In this document: piece by piece, positions 8,121-18,403 of the stretch
How the letters are laid out: each line of letters opens with the position of its first letter
Numbering within the stretch: the stretch's first letter is position 1
From: a virus
Taxonomy: Duplodnaviria; Caudoviricetes
Reading direction: 5' to 3' (one strand)
DNA length: 64,000 nucleotides
Virus record (IMG/VR): IMGVR_UViG_3300029288_000079
Location: 1 to 64,000 of that record
The notes under the pieces: generated by a model
What the model was told of the DNA's origin: nothing
The model's database searches: none
What the model saw: only the letters and a program-made list of their open reading frames with translations
Translations under genes and position numbers: made by a program

Positions 8121-8759
8121 TTATATTTTCTCAAACATCATTACACCACGAATTCTATTATTTGTAGATCTATAAATAGATATTGTTCCATAAAAATTCC
8201 AATCCCTTTTAGCATAAATTGGAGGTGATTGATCCATCCATAGTAAGGACCCTCCAGGTTTTAATATCTTATGGCATTCCTGCAAAACTTTCTGCTTATT
8301 TACAAGACATTTACCATAATGCTCAGCATCTTCAACTGAATATGGAGGATCTGCAAATATTAAATCATAATAACCAGGTATAAAAATTTCCGATATTTTT
8401 TCAATCTCATATACTGCATCTGGATTATTCACTCTATCCCAGTCTACTCTAAAAGCTTCCTGATTATTTAGTAAATTTTCATGAACCTGCTCATCTGTAA
8501 GAGAGCCACTAAATAGATGTAAAATATTAACTGCATCGGGAAACATACAGGAAGTTCTTTTTAAATAACCCCTAGGATATGCGCCAAAAAACGGTTCATC
8601 TTTATCATTACGTTTACTCTCACTCCTGTAATTATTTCCAATAAACCAAGTAGCAGATATCCATCTATCAGATATCATAAACTTGCTATCCGGCCATTTA
8701 TCTCCAAAATAATCGTTATATAGCATAGCCCTGCGCTGTGGATTCCAATAGTTTTTCAT
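8121..8759 (-). CDS. putative amino-methyltransferase (N6-A/N4-C type)
   Basis: LHLFSG motif I, FADPPY motif IV, ILKPGG. Confidence 0.7.
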   Translation of the reverse strand: MKNYWNPQRRAMLYNDYFGDKWPDSKFMISDRWISATWFIGNNYRSESKRNDKDEPFFGAYPRGYLKRTSCMFPDAVNILHLFSGSLTDEQVHENLLNNQEAFRVDWDRVNNPDAVYEIEKISEIFIPGYYDLIFADPPYSVEDAEHYGKCLVNKQKVLQECHKILKPGGSLLWMDQSPPIYAKRDWNFYGTISIYRSTNNRIRGVMMFEKI

Positions 8760-9781
8760 TGTTTCTCAAATCCTACATATGATTTTTTAAAATTATTACT
8801 ATTATAAGAATGTTTCATAAGATCTTTTAATAATTCTATAGATGACTTAAAATCATTACCTAAACAATGAACAGAAACAATCAGTTCTGATAAAGCTGCA
8901 AAAGATAGTCCATCCGTAGCCTCTACATATGTATCTATAATTCCATCAGATACACCCTTCAATTTACCCTCGAAAAATTTTCTACGGGCAAATGCCGGAG
9001 GAGTGTCAATAAATATAATGCGATCAAATCTTCTAGGACGAGAAATGATTCTCCTATCTAAACGTTCTGGATAATTACTAGTAGCTAACATCAATACTTT
9101 ATCTATCTGTATACCACCATCTAGTAATTGAAGTAGTTCTGACTCCCCATATTTTTCAATTATAGCATCAATGTCTTCAAATATACATACCACAGGACGA
9201 TCAGGCTCTACTATACGAAATCTAGATAATGCTTTTCCAAAAACATTACATTCCACACCACCAGAAGTAAAAGAAAATATAATACCTCCATTACTTATTA
9301 CTTTTTTACATATCTCTTGAACTGCTACAGTCTTACCCCCACCTGCAGGTCCAAATAAAAGTATACCGCGCTTATGGATAAATCCATATTTTTCAAAACT
9401 ACTTGAACAATCCCAAAATGTATCTATATCATTCATTACATCTTTTACAATATACCCTTCCATAGGTATAAAATCATCCTGTGTTATTTCTGTTTTTACA
9501 AATATAAAATCTATTGGAGGTTCTGCATAAGCTACCCCATAAAATCCAGAAGGCATAATAGGCACAGTTTTTCTAACAATATAATATGTATTCCTATCTA
9601 TCTGTATATATTGTTGATATACTCTGTTATCTGTATTATCCTCATTACATCCTAAAGTATCTGTTAAGGATTTATTAATTACCATTGGTTTTGGACTACT
9701 ACTTCTAACAGCCATAAGTTCTTGAGAATCTTTAAGTCTTTCTCTTACCCTAGTACCAAACTTTTCTATATTAGAGTTCAT
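8756..9781 (-). CDS. AAA+ ATPase
   Basis: GPAGGGKT, IFEDID, ATSNYPERLD, SRPRRFDR. Confidence 0.9.
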   Translation of the reverse strand: MNSNIEKFGTRVRERLKDSQELMAVRSSSPKPMVINKSLTDTLGCNEDNTDNRVYQQYIQIDRNTYYIVRKTVPIMPSGFYGVAYAEPPIDFIFVKTEITQDDFIPMEGYIVKDVMNDIDTFWDCSSSFEKYGFIHKRGILLFGPAGGGKTVAVQEICKKVISNGGIIFSFTSGGVECNVFGKALSRFRIVEPDRPVVCIFEDIDAIIEKYGESELLQLLDGGIQIDKVLMLATSNYPERLDRRIISRPRRFDRIIFIDTPPAFARRKFFEGKLKGVSDGIIDTYVEATDGLSFAALSELIVSVHCLGNDFKSSIELLKDLMKHSYNSNNFKKSYVGFEKQ

Positions 9782-10371
9782 TTATCCATACCCCATTTTA
9801 CCTGCTCTATATATTCAATAACTGAAGGAACTTTTATAACAGAATTTACAACATCTGCATTATAAGGATAATTAGGACAATATATCTTACAGCCTGGAGA
9901 TTTCTCTGCTACGTCTAAACAATTCTTAGTTCTGTCATCTATATAATATCTTATACCTAGAAATTCAATAATGTTACCCTTCGTTGATGTCTCTATTACC
10001 TGAGGATCTCTAAATCCCATAGCCCGTAACCAATTTATTGTCTGATATGTAGCGGAAATACCACCCGTAGCTAGTCTAGATGTTATAAAATAAAAATCAT
10101 GTTGATGCCTGTTATGATTTACAAAATCAACTACAACTTTTATATTCTTAATAGGAGGTATAGATCTCCAAAAGTTAGGATTTTTATCCACTATCTCCCA
10201 TGCTCTTTTAATCTCTAGTTTAGTCACAGGTAAAAATTTATCATAATACCAATGTAAAACCTCTGAATAATCATTTAATATAGGACATTTTGGATTAATA
10301 CCATTAAGTATACCAGTAAACACTTTTGTAAAGTTAGCTATTACACCATCCACATCAAATCCAATTCTCAT
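9778..10371 (-). CDS. HAD-family 5'(3')-deoxyribonucleotidase
   Basis: DVDGVIANF, FITSR, IDDR, PYN motifs. Confidence 0.85.
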   Translation of the reverse strand: MRIGFDVDGVIANFTKVFTGILNGINPKCPILNDYSEVLHWYYDKFLPVTKLEIKRAWEIVDKNPNFWRSIPPIKNIKVVVDFVNHNRHQHDFYFITSRLATGGISATYQTINWLRAMGFRDPQVIETSTKGNIIEFLGIRYYIDDRTKNCLDVAEKSPGCKIYCPNYPYNADVVNSVIKVPSVIEYIEQVKWGMDK

Positions 10372-10378
10372 AATGTCC

Positions 10379-11455
10379 TCAGTTATTTGTTCCTAAAAGT
10401 ATATTACCTAATGCTGTGCCTGCTATAATCTCTATTGATCTCTTTGTAGATTCATGAACACTTGCAGCATAGTTTGTGACGTTATTTAATACAGTATAAG
10501 TCTTGAAATCAGTCATACTAGGTTCATTAATAGGCAACCCAAACATCTTATTACGTTTATTTTCCTCTTTCCAAATATCCACTCTTTGAATAATCAATTT
10601 TCTATCTTCCTCCTTTGTTCCAATAAGCTGATCAGCTGTAGAACCCCCAACATATTTCTGAAGTTTCCTGAATATACCTGCGATCTCATGCTCAAACATG
10701 CGCCTCTCTTCAATTCCTATAGAATTAGTTTTAATAGCTAATAGCAACTCTTCATCATAATGTTCTACATTTTTAGAAAAATCCAAAAGCCTAGCTTCAG
10801 GAGTTAGTCTATAATCTGCTCTAATTTTTCCAAAGAATGGCATAACAAAACTATTAGTACAATATGTCCTATAAAGAATAGATTCCAGCTTAAGTTGAGT
10901 TTCTTTAAGAATGGACCCATATATATGTGACCCTGCCATTAAAAAATCATTCTCAGAAGAACTATCAGGATCCCTAAACTGAGTTTTTTGAAACCCTAAA
11001 CAGATAGTAAGCATTATCTCCCCAATATCAATATACTGGACTGATTCTCGATCTGAGAAGCAAGATAATGTATCCAAATAAGAAGCTTCATCATATTGCT
11101 TTTTAACAAATCCTGCCACAGATCCATCATTACGCTCCAGCATAATAATAGTATTAGAACTATTTTCTCCCAACAATCTATGCATATTGGTAATCAATAA
11201 GTCTAACGGAATCTTCAACGCAAAGGACCCAGATATACCAAGTATCTTATACAACTTTTCAAAAGCATAGCGAGTCATTACCTTCCCCTCAGGATACACA
11301 TCTGAAATCAATTTTCCATCAGAATTGATAGAGATCTTCTCACAAGTGGTCTTAGTAGGTGTAACTTTCAAATCTTTAGCTATATTAATTGCCTCATTAA
11401 TAACACGGGTCCTTACAGGTTTAATATATTCAGCAAATTTCATCGTAGAATACAT
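10379..11455 (-). CDS. hypothetical protein (possibly DUF932-like)
   Basis: 358 aa; YRTYCTNS and LNNVTNYA resemble DUF932-type phage proteins. Confidence 0.5.
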   Translation of the reverse strand: MYSTMKFAEYIKPVRTRVINEAINIAKDLKVTPTKTTCEKISINSDGKLISDVYPEGKVMTRYAFEKLYKILGISGSFALKIPLDLLITNMHRLLGENSSNTIIMLERNDGSVAGFVKKQYDEASYLDTLSCFSDRESVQYIDIGEIMLTICLGFQKTQFRDPDSSSENDFLMAGSHIYGSILKETQLKLESILYRTYCTNSFVMPFFGKIRADYRLTPEARLLDFSKNVEHYDEELLLAIKTNSIGIEERRMFEHEIAGIFRKLQKYVGGSTADQLIGTKEEDRKLIIQRVDIWKEENKRNKMFGLPINEPSMTDFKTYTVLNNVTNYAASVHESTKRSIEIIAGTALGNILLGTNN

Positions 11456-11513
11456 AAATTATTCCTTAATGTTAATGTTAGTGTTAAGCAGACGTTCGCA
11501 AAGCATGTAAATG

Positions 11514-11699
11514 CTACTTCTTTTTTTGAGCTTCCAGTTCCTTTATAAGTTGTGTTAATAGATTAACCGCTATCTCATTATAATTATGTTCTACGAGTTT
11601 TTTGATTTTATTTAATACCCATATCAAATTTTTATCTGCCATGTTAATCTCCTTTTGCGTCACAACTTTCATTTCATCTCTCTTTTGATATAGTTTCAA
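11514..11699 (-). CDS. hypothetical protein
   Basis: 61-aa ORF. Confidence 0.5.
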   Translation of the reverse strand: MKLYQKRDEMKVVTQKEINMADKNLIWVLNKIKKLVEHNYNEIAVNLLTQLIKELEAQKKK

Positions 11700-12159
11700 C
11701 TATATCATTATCAGTAACAGTTTTTTCTTTACCATGTAAAAATCCTGCCAATAATACACCTCCAAAAGATATTGTTAAAAATGGATCTCCAGGATGAATA
11801 CGAGTGGGGTACCTTGGATGATTATTGAACACAATTACATATAATTCATTTTCAATAGTATAACCATAGTTTATTAAATCCCATCCAAAACGCTCAGAAC
11901 GTTCTGTAACAAGTCTTATATTTAGGCTATCTCTAAATAAAGGAGCCTCAATCTTTATACCCGTGTTAATCAACCTCCATTGTTTTGATGGAATTGTAGC
12001 ATCCACTAGAGACAACAGTAACCTACTACCCCAATTCTGTCTTATAACCACAGGATATGGAGGATGTGAATTACCTGCATAGCTCCACCAGAACACCCTA
12101 ACAAGTGATAAAATGTATAATATAATAACATTCAATATTAAAATATCTATTATTAACAT
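11674..12159 (-). CDS. degenerate dUTPase-fold protein with N-terminal transmembrane helix
   Basis: Hydrophobic N-terminus; TIPSKQWRLINTGIKIEAP, ELYVIVFN and IHPGDP follow the trimeric dUTPase strand pattern, but catalytic motifs are altered. Confidence 0.55.
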   Translation of the reverse strand: MLIIDILILNVIILYILSLVRVFWWSYAGNSHPPYPVVIRQNWGSRLLLSLVDATIPSKQWRLINTGIKIEAPLFRDSLNIRLVTERSERFGWDLINYGYTIENELYVIVFNNHPRYPTRIHPGDPFLTISFGGVLLAGFLHGKEKTVTDNDIVETISKER

Positions 12160-12174
12160 ATAAACTCCTATTTA

Positions 12175-12435
12175 TTATTTTACAATTTTTGAAGCTTTTT
12201 TAAGAGCATCTGCTCTAACATCCATAACAATCTTGAAGTCAGGATCATACATTACATGTGCTTCAATATCTTTATACACAATATCCACAGCAGTGCTCTG
12301 TAAAGCTTCAGAAGCTTTTTTAACGGCCTCCTCATCTTCTGATCTTATATCAAAATCTTCTGCTATAGAAGTTTTAAATTCAAAGCTTTGATAGGCCCCA
12401 CTAAGAACCACTCTAAATGATTTCTTTATTAACAT
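12175..12435 (-). CDS. hypothetical protein
   Basis: 86-aa ORF with AAGGAG RBS. Confidence 0.6.
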   Translation of the reverse strand: MLIKKSFRVVLSGAYQSFEFKTSIAEDFDIRSEDEEAVKKASEALQSTAVDIVYKDIEAHVMYDPDFKIVMDVRADALKKASKIVK

Positions 12436-12799
12436 TGTGTAACTCCTTTATTTTATCCCAATATTTTATCCATTCAGTCACTAACTTTGAATATTGTTCT
12501 GTATGATTATACTTAAACCACAGCAAAAAAGCAATGGGATTACGATGAGCAGAAAAATACCGATTAAATTTGTGATGCATCGGACATAATGATACCCCAT
12601 TAATTACCATAAACCTAAATTCCACTATTTCACGAGGTATGAGATGATGGGCATTCAGCATCTTCTTAGCTCCACAAACAATGCAAGAATTACCATCACG
12701 TTCCTTTACAGCAATACCCCATTCCTTATACTTTTTATTTGTCTCTCTTTTTGCCAATTTCTTAAGATATTGCTTTGTTATTTTTTTCTCTTTATTCAT
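12413..12799 (-). CDS. HNH endonuclease
   Basis: ERDGNSCIVCG, AHHLIP, NGVSLCPMHH. Confidence 0.85.
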   Translation of the reverse strand: MNKEKKITKQYLKKLAKRETNKKYKEWGIAVKERDGNSCIVCGAKKMLNAHHLIPREIVEFRFMVINGVSLCPMHHKFNRYFSAHRNPIAFLLWFKYNHTEQYSKLVTEWIKYWDKIKELHNVNKEII

Positions 12800-12819
12800 A
12801 CCTGCCCCTAAAAATAAAA

Positions 12820-12900
12820 TTGTCTCCCGTCTTGGCTAATATCCTAGTGCTGCATACTAGTTGCAAGCACTCCCACCATCAACCAACAGACGAGAGGCAA
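12820..12900 (-). other. long imperfect intergenic hairpin (possible RNase III site or terminator)
   Basis: TTGCCTCTCGTC/GACGGGAGACAA, TTGGTTGAT/ATTAGCCAA, AGTGC-TTGCA/TGCA-GCACT. Confidence 0.55.
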
Positions 12901-12919
12901 AAATACATACCAACCTATA

Positions 12920-13528
12920 TTAAGCTGGAAAATCCAACTTTTTACCTGATGCAACAGGTGCCGAAGTTGTTGTCACAGGTTTTGTCACAGGTTTTGTCAC
13001 AGGTTTTGTCACAGGTTTTGTCACAAGATTAACCTGTTCTGTAGCTGAATTAGGTGCAGCTTCTTCTTCTTCAGATTGCTGTACTGTAACCGCAGATTTT
13101 GCTGCAGGCCTTGCAAATTTCTGAGATGCCTGTTGTATCTGTTTCTGATACTCATCGATGGATTTAAACCATACAAATTTGTTCGCGGGTTTACCCATGG
13201 TATTATTAGCTATTTTTACCTCAGCAAATAATTCAGATCCGATGAAGTCATTTGTCTCTATCTCAATACCTTCTTTTAAATTAAGATCATCTATAGGAAG
13301 TCCACAAGCCTTAAGAAAGCTTGCATATTGAGCATTGATCGATTCCAAATTGGAAGCAAATGAAATAGTTTTTTCATTGAACTCACTATCCTCATTTACC
13401 TGCAGTTTCCAACTATTGAATTCTTCTTTGTTAGACTTATTTGTTTGACGGGTGCAATCCATTACAATAAGTCTATAAACCCCCTCAGGAAGTGGGTCAT
13501 AATTTGATTCTTTTAATGCTACTTTCAT
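12920..13528 (-). CDS. putative ssDNA-binding protein (DUF669-like OB fold)
   Basis: YDPLPEGVYRLIV N-terminus, DFIG-ELFAEV, low-complexity tail ending LDFPA. Confidence 0.65.
   Translation of the reverse strand: MKVALKESNYDPLPEGVYRLIVMDCTRQTNKSNKEEFNSWKLQVNEDSEFNEKTISFASNLESINAQYASFLKACGLPIDDLNLKEGIEIETNDFIGSELFAEVKIANNTMGKPANKFVWFKSIDEYQKQIQQASQKFARPAAKSAVTVQQSEEEEAAPNSATEQVNLVTKPVTKPVTKPVTKPVTTTSAPVASGKKLDFPA
12971..13026. repeat. 12-bp tandem repeat (tgtcacaggttt) about 4.5 copies, encoding VTKP repeats
   Basis: Directly visible in the sequence. Confidence 0.9.
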
Positions 13529-13555
13529 TTTGTATCTCCTTAATTAAGTTATTTA

Positions 13556-13756
13556 TTATTTAGTTAAACAATACCATTCTTTAAATCTTTTACCTACTCT
13601 ATATCTACTCAATAACTTACCTTCTCTCTCGAGTTCATTCAATCTTGTTGCTATGTTGTTTTGACTCGCCTCTATAAATCTAAATTCATGCACTGCTAAA
13701 GGAACCTTAACCTTCCCAAAATAATCTAACAATTGTTGTTTAATAGATTTACCCAT
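13556..13756 (-). CDS. small winged-HTH protein
   Basis: SQNNIATRLNELEREGKL helix-wing pattern. Confidence 0.6.
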   Translation of the reverse strand: MGKSIKQQLLDYFGKVKVPLAVHEFRFIEASQNNIATRLNELEREGKLLSRYRVGKRFKEWYCLTK

Positions 13757-13759
13757 ATC

Positions 13760-13975
13760 TCAATCCTCCACTTCTATTGTTATCTTATAAACTTTGCCTA
13801 TCTGAAGTTTTGTACCATCTTCTAAAGTAGAACCCCAATTAGACCATCTTGGAACAAGACTAATACAATATTGACCTTCATTAGATATCATTAAAACTTT
13901 CTCATCTACGCTTTTAATCTCCTCACAACAGGATTTGTATTCAGCTTCTGCATATGTTGTTATTGTTCTAGGCAT
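13760..13975 (-). CDS. hypothetical protein
   Basis: 71-aa ORF. Confidence 0.55.
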   Translation of the reverse strand: MPRTITTYAEAEYKSCCEEIKSVDEKVLMISNEGQYCISLVPRWSNWGSTLEDGTKLQIGKVYKITIEVED

Positions 13976-14588
13976 TACCTGACCTTCTATTATTTTTTGA
14001 GGCTACAACAGGATATTGCAATCCAATAAGAGATTCTACATTACGCTGTTGACGAGATAAATTTACATTAACATTCATCAAAGTTTCTTGTTTCTCCTTC
14101 ACTATATCAATCAAAGCCTCAAGATCATTTAAAATACCCTCCACAATATTCATTAGCTTTACTACCTCGGGCATAGTATTTTGAACTGCAGCAGACTGTA
14201 GTTCCTTATTCTTTAAAGCCTTCACTTTATCATCAGAAGATAACATCTCAACTTCTTTTTTCTTATATATTCTTTTCAAACGACTATTATATCTCTGCCA
14301 CTGAGCTCTCTCACGCAATATAGAAATATGAATATTACTAGCTCTACTCAAATGTCCCTGAACTGTAGCATATAATTGATTCATACCCGCCACATCCTCT
14401 TCAGGAAAAGCATTAAGACTTACTTGCATGGATTCAATTTCATCCATCTGTTTATTGAAATCAAATGATTGCTCTGATATCTCAATGGCAAGTTTACCCA
14501 AATCCTCTTGAAATAATACTATGGCATCGGTATCAGTAGGTTCTTCTATATCAGACCCTATACTTCCACTAACAAGTTTAATTCTCAT
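13968..14588 (-). CDS. helical coiled-coil protein, possible UvsY-like recombination mediator
   Basis: All-helical pattern; located between recA and the SSB-like gene. Confidence 0.45.
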   Translation of the reverse strand: MRIKLVSGSIGSDIEEPTDTDAIVLFQEDLGKLAIEISEQSFDFNKQMDEIESMQVSLNAFPEEDVAGMNQLYATVQGHLSRASNIHISILRERAQWQRYNSRLKRIYKKKEVEMLSSDDKVKALKNKELQSAAVQNTMPEVVKLMNIVEGILNDLEALIDIVKEKQETLMNVNVNLSRQQRNVESLIGLQYPVVASKNNRRSGNA

Positions 14589-14606
14589 ATTTTATCCTTT
14601 AATTAA

Positions 14607-14737
14607 TGAGTACTTGGCAGTTGATCTGCGATTGATTAGACTAACCGAAGAATTTATGATTTCTCGAGCTAATCTCAATTTTATAAGCTGCTGTCAATAT
14701 AAAATCATTTATCAGACTATCACGTCACAAGTACTCA
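14607..14737 (-). ncRNA. multi-stem structured intergenic RNA downstream of recA
   Basis: Perfect 10-bp closing IR TGAGTACTTG/CAAGTACTCA; internal stems TTTTATA/TATAAAA and GATTAGCTCGAGAA/TTCTTCGGTTAGTC. Confidence 0.5.
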
Positions 14738-14744
14738 CCATTAT

Positions 14745-17051
14745 TTATCCAAATAATATTTTTTCAGTTTCTTTTTGTATAGCTTCCTGCAATTCAGGTT
14801 TATCCAATAGAAACTCCTTTACTGAATCAATACCCTGACCAATTTTGTCCTCTTTATAACTATACCAACTACCTGATTTTTGTATAACATTTCTTTCAAC
14901 AGCAATATTTACTAAATCTGTTAAAAAGTCAATACCTTTACCAAATATAATCTCAACTAAAGCCTCTCTAAAAGGAGGTCCAACTTTATTCTTTACTACC
15001 TTAATCCTATTCTTGCTACCTACAACTACTGAATTTTTATCCTTCATAAACTCTATGCGTCTTACATCTATACGAATTGAGGCGTAAAACTTCAAAGCAT
15101 TTCCTCCTGTAGTAGTTTCATTAGATCCAAACATAACACCAATTTTAGAATTATGTGTTAAAAATTGATTTGCTATAAATAATTTATCACCCTCTACTTC
15201 TATATCAAAAGCTTCAAATTCTACATTTTCTATATCCATAACCTGACAAAATCTATTAGATACTAAAAACTCTCTCTCTATATCAAAGCCTTCCCCAATA
15301 AACTCTAAAAAATAGGATAATCCCAATCTACTACAATTTAATTTTTTGAATAGGCACATCTTATAAGCTTCATAATATCTAAGTTTAGATATATTTTTTA
15401 TACCCTTATCTTTAACTTTATTAAATAAATTTAAAGCATATTCATAAGGTACTACATCATACTTTCCTCGAGCTGTCAGGTCATATTCAAATATTTTACA
15501 TTTATCCTGTTTAGTAATCTCAGCAAACCCTATAATAGAGGAAAATTTTAAAGCATCCTGCCCCGTTATATATAATCGGTTAAACCAGTCACAGTCATCC
15601 TTTCTAATATCAGCAAATATTCCCAAATAATATAATACATTAGCTATTTGAATTGTTGATTCACTATTTTCATTAGTAAATATAAACCCTCCTTTAGTGA
15701 ATCCATGAGTATCAAAAAATACACCCCTTAAAAAAGATATTATAACAGATCTTTTTGATTTCAATATTATATCAGGTATAGTTTTATATTTACCATATCT
15801 TTTTATACCTAAATTTTTCATAAATTGAACAAGATATTTTCCAGTTACAGATATATATTCAGGAGTCCCATATACGTTATCTTTACCAAATATTTTATTG
15901 CACATATCTAAAACTAACTTATGTCTCTCTTTATTTTTCTCTGTAAAAGAAATTCTATAATCTCCGGATTCAGGAGATTCCAATATATAACCATCAGAAT
16001 AGTAACAACCTAAAAAAAAGGCGAAATCCTCATCTAGATTATTAGGAAGTTTCATCCTCTTTGTATTATTGTTAACTTTAATATCATTGATATATTCAAA
16101 TAAACTGATGTAAGATTTATTATCTAAAATTGAGTTTTCCTTTACTATGGGCTGAATAAACCAATCTCCTATTTGAACCTCAGTAGCTTTTTTAAAGGTG
16201 TATTTTCCATTAGATATAATGGGCTGTTTATGATTGTTACTTAAATCAAAATAACCTCTATATTTCAAATATAATCTTTTGCCACCCATCACACCAGAAC
16301 TTATTTTATTAATTATAACATTAGAATGATTTCCACAGCCTAATACGTGGGATCCTAAACTCGCAGACTTTAAATGTGTTAAAGACCCATCGCAAAGTAA
16401 CAACGTGTTCTCTGGAAGACACCTTAGTTGATTAATGAATATTAAAATAGTCTTTGACTTTGCAACAACACTTACCAACTTTCTTAGTGCTTGACCCATC
16501 ATACGAGCTTGAGCACCCATTTGAGCATCCCCAAATTCCCCCTCTATCTCGCTTTTTGGAGTAAGTGCTGCAACCGAATCTACTACTATTACATCTATAG
16601 CACTGCTTCTAACTAACTCTTCAACTATTGTAAGACCCTGCTCTCCGTAGTCAGGTTGAGATAAAAGCAAATCCTCAACATTTACACCTATATTTTTAGC
16701 ATAATTTAAATCCATGGCATTTTCAGCATCTACATAAGCACAAATACCCCCCAATTTCTGTGCTTGAGCTACTATTTGCATGGCTAATGTGCTTTTACCA
16801 GAACCCTCTGGGCCATATATTTCAACAATACGCCCTCTTGGTAATCCACCTACAACTAAAGCATAATCTAATGACATACATCCCGTAGTTATAACCGGAA
16901 CTTTATCTACTGGTTTATCCCCCAAACGCATAACAGATCCTTTACCAATATTTTTTTCAATATTTGCTAAAGCATTCTGCAAAGCTATATTCTTGTCAGG
17001 ATCTATAGCCTGTTTTTCTGGTTTTACGGGTTTAACAACTCTTGCTGCCAT
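14745..17051 (-). CDS. recA: RecA recombinase containing an intein
   Basis: [43 protein letters not shown]; 344-aa extein after intein removal. Confidence 0.97.
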   Translation of the reverse strand: MAARVVKPVKPEKQAIDPDKNIALQNALANIEKNIGKGSVMRLGDKPVDKVPVITTGCMSLDYALVVGGLPRGRIVEIYGPEGSGKSTLAMQIVAQAQKLGGICAYVDAENAMDLNYAKNIGVNVEDLLLSQPDYGEQGLTIVEELVRSSAIDVIVVDSVAALTPKSEIEGEFGDAQMGAQARMMGQALRKLVSVVAKSKTILIFINQLRCLPENTLLLCDGSLTHLKSASLGSHVLGCGNHSNVIINKISSGVMGGKRLYLKYRGYFDLSNNHKQPIISNGKYTFKKATEVQIGDWFIQPIVKENSILDNKSYISLFEYINDIKVNNNTKRMKLPNNLDEDFAFFLGCYYSDGYILESPESGDYRISFTEKNKERHKLVLDMCNKIFGKDNVYGTPEYISVTGKYLVQFMKNLGIKRYGKYKTIPDIILKSKRSVIISFLRGVFFDTHGFTKGGFIFTNENSESTIQIANVLYYLGIFADIRKDDCDWFNRLYITGQDALKFSSIIGFAEITKQDKCKIFEYDLTARGKYDVVPYEYALNLFNKVKDKGIKNISKLRYYEAYKMCLFKKLNCSRLGLSYFLEFIGEGFDIEREFLVSNRFCQVMDIENVEFEAFDIEVEGDKLFIANQFLTHNSKIGVMFGSNETTTGGNALKFYASIRIDVRRIEFMKDKNSVVVGSKNRIKVVKNKVGPPFREALVEIIFGKGIDFLTDLVNIAVERNVIQKSGSWYSYKEDKIGQGIDSVKEFLLDKPELQEAIQKETEKILFG
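15150..16421 (-). mobile_element. LAGLIDADG intein (424 aa) in RecA
   Basis: Starts CLPENT, ends THN followed by Ser+1; FLGCYYSDG and [11 protein letters not shown] endonuclease motifs. Confidence 0.93.
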
Positions 17052-17134
17052 AATTATCCTTTATATTTTGTTCATGTCTAGGTTTACTTCTTTTAGCTTA
17101 TCTATCTTATATACTGTAATTACATATTATACTA

Positions 17135-17437
17135 TCAAATAGATATTCTGCTCCGATAATAAACATCATATTCTCTTATACTAAGTTTTGTAGCATGTGA
17201 AATGATTCTTGCATAGCATCCATCTTTCCTCAATTGTTCAACGATTTTCCTTGCCGACAACTCACTGTAATTGCTCACCGAATTATATTTTTTATACCCC
17301 AGCCGCTCTAATCGTTCTTCAAGTTCTTTCGTCATGTAAGCATAGTTGTGTCCTCTGTTCGCCGCCAATCTTGCCTCGTATTGACGGAATCCCCAATCAA
17401 GCCTCTGTTTGTCTGTCATTTTCTGTTTGTATCCCAT
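17135..17437 (-). CDS. hypothetical protein
   Basis: 100-aa ORF. Confidence 0.6.
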   Translation of the reverse strand: MGYKQKMTDKQRLDWGFRQYEARLAANRGHNYAYMTKELEERLERLGYKKYNSVSNYSELSARKIVEQLRKDGCYARIISHATKLSIREYDVYYRSRISI

Positions 17438-17441
17438 ATTA

Positions 17442-17747
17442 TCACTCTAAAATTCTCATTCTCTGTGCTATATACCATAAACCACCCTGATTAACTGGCC
17501 TATTAATTGACTTATATTTTTGAATCTCAACAGGAATCCATATTCTTCCCGTCTTTTTCAAATGTGGTGCATCTGGCTTTGCTAAAGTGTGCCAACCTTT
17601 ACGAGTAGAATATCCTTTTGTTGGATACTCTTTGGCTACTAACCAAATCCCTACCTGTAACTTCTCTTTTTTATTAATATATAAAGACCCCAATGAACCG
17701 TCTTTCCGTAATCTAAACAATTTATATGCTCTCATATTTCTCCTCAA
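17442..17747 (-). CDS. hypothetical phage protein
   Basis: AYKLFRLRKDGSLGSLYIN, RKGWH, QGGLW; probable ATG start at 17735 after AGGAG. Confidence 0.7.
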   Translation of the reverse strand: MRRNMRAYKLFRLRKDGSLGSLYINKKEKLQVGIWLVAKEYPTKGYSTRKGWHTLAKPDAPHLKKTGRIWIPVEIQKYKSINRPVNQGGLWYIAQRMRILE

Positions 17748-17817
17748 TGAGCTGGTGCAGGGTAAGATACTTGCCCTTCATCTATGCCCCCGCACCCGGA
17801 AGAGACTCCTCGCTCAT
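17747..17817 (-). promoter_or_regulatory. GC-rich structured 5' leader or small RNA
   Basis: ATGAGC/GCTCAT, GGTGCGGGG/CCCTGCACC and AGATG/TATCT stems directly after a TATATT -10-like box and before an RBS. Confidence 0.5.
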
Positions 17818-17857
17818 CTACAATATAATACCACTACAATTTTTAAATTTTTAAACA

Positions 17858-18142
17858 TCATAAATATCTTCCAAAACCTACCAAACTTTCCCATGCATAA
17901 TTCTTTAAGCCATTTTTGGTGTACTCTCTAATACCTACAACTTCCATTACAGTTATTTCTCCTGTCCAACAATGAATTTTATCCCGAAGCATTAGAGCAG
18001 CCCTACACACTGTAACATATTCACCACAATTTGGACACATATTACTCCCCAAAGGACTAAATTTTTCACAGCTAGCACAATAATTATAATTACTAAATGC
18101 ACCTTGCCTAACAATATATTCAAATGACCAAGGCCATTTCAT
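17858..18142 (-). CDS. zinc-ribbon protein
   Basis: CASC and CPNC motifs. Confidence 0.6.
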   Translation of the reverse strand: MKWPWSFEYIVRQGAFSNYNYCASCEKFSPLGSNMCPNCGEYVTVCRAALMLRDKIHCWTGEITVMEVVGIREYTKNGLKNYAWESLVGFGRYL

Positions 18143-18403
18143 AGTTTCACCAAAGTTGTAATTACTGTGAGAAATTTCATAAGTCTCATTTTAGCCCCAT
18201 ATTTATTTATTTAATATTATATTTGATCTCGGACAGATGCGCGTTCTCTCAGGTCTTGCAAATCTTGTCGCAATCTATATGCTGGCTTTTTTTGATTTCA
18301 CAACACAATTGTTCTAAGTCTTCTAATGCCATCACAAAATATTTGTAATCAATCTTTTTATTATGTGCCATTTCATCCTCCTACCAAAAACATAATCCTT
18401 GTA

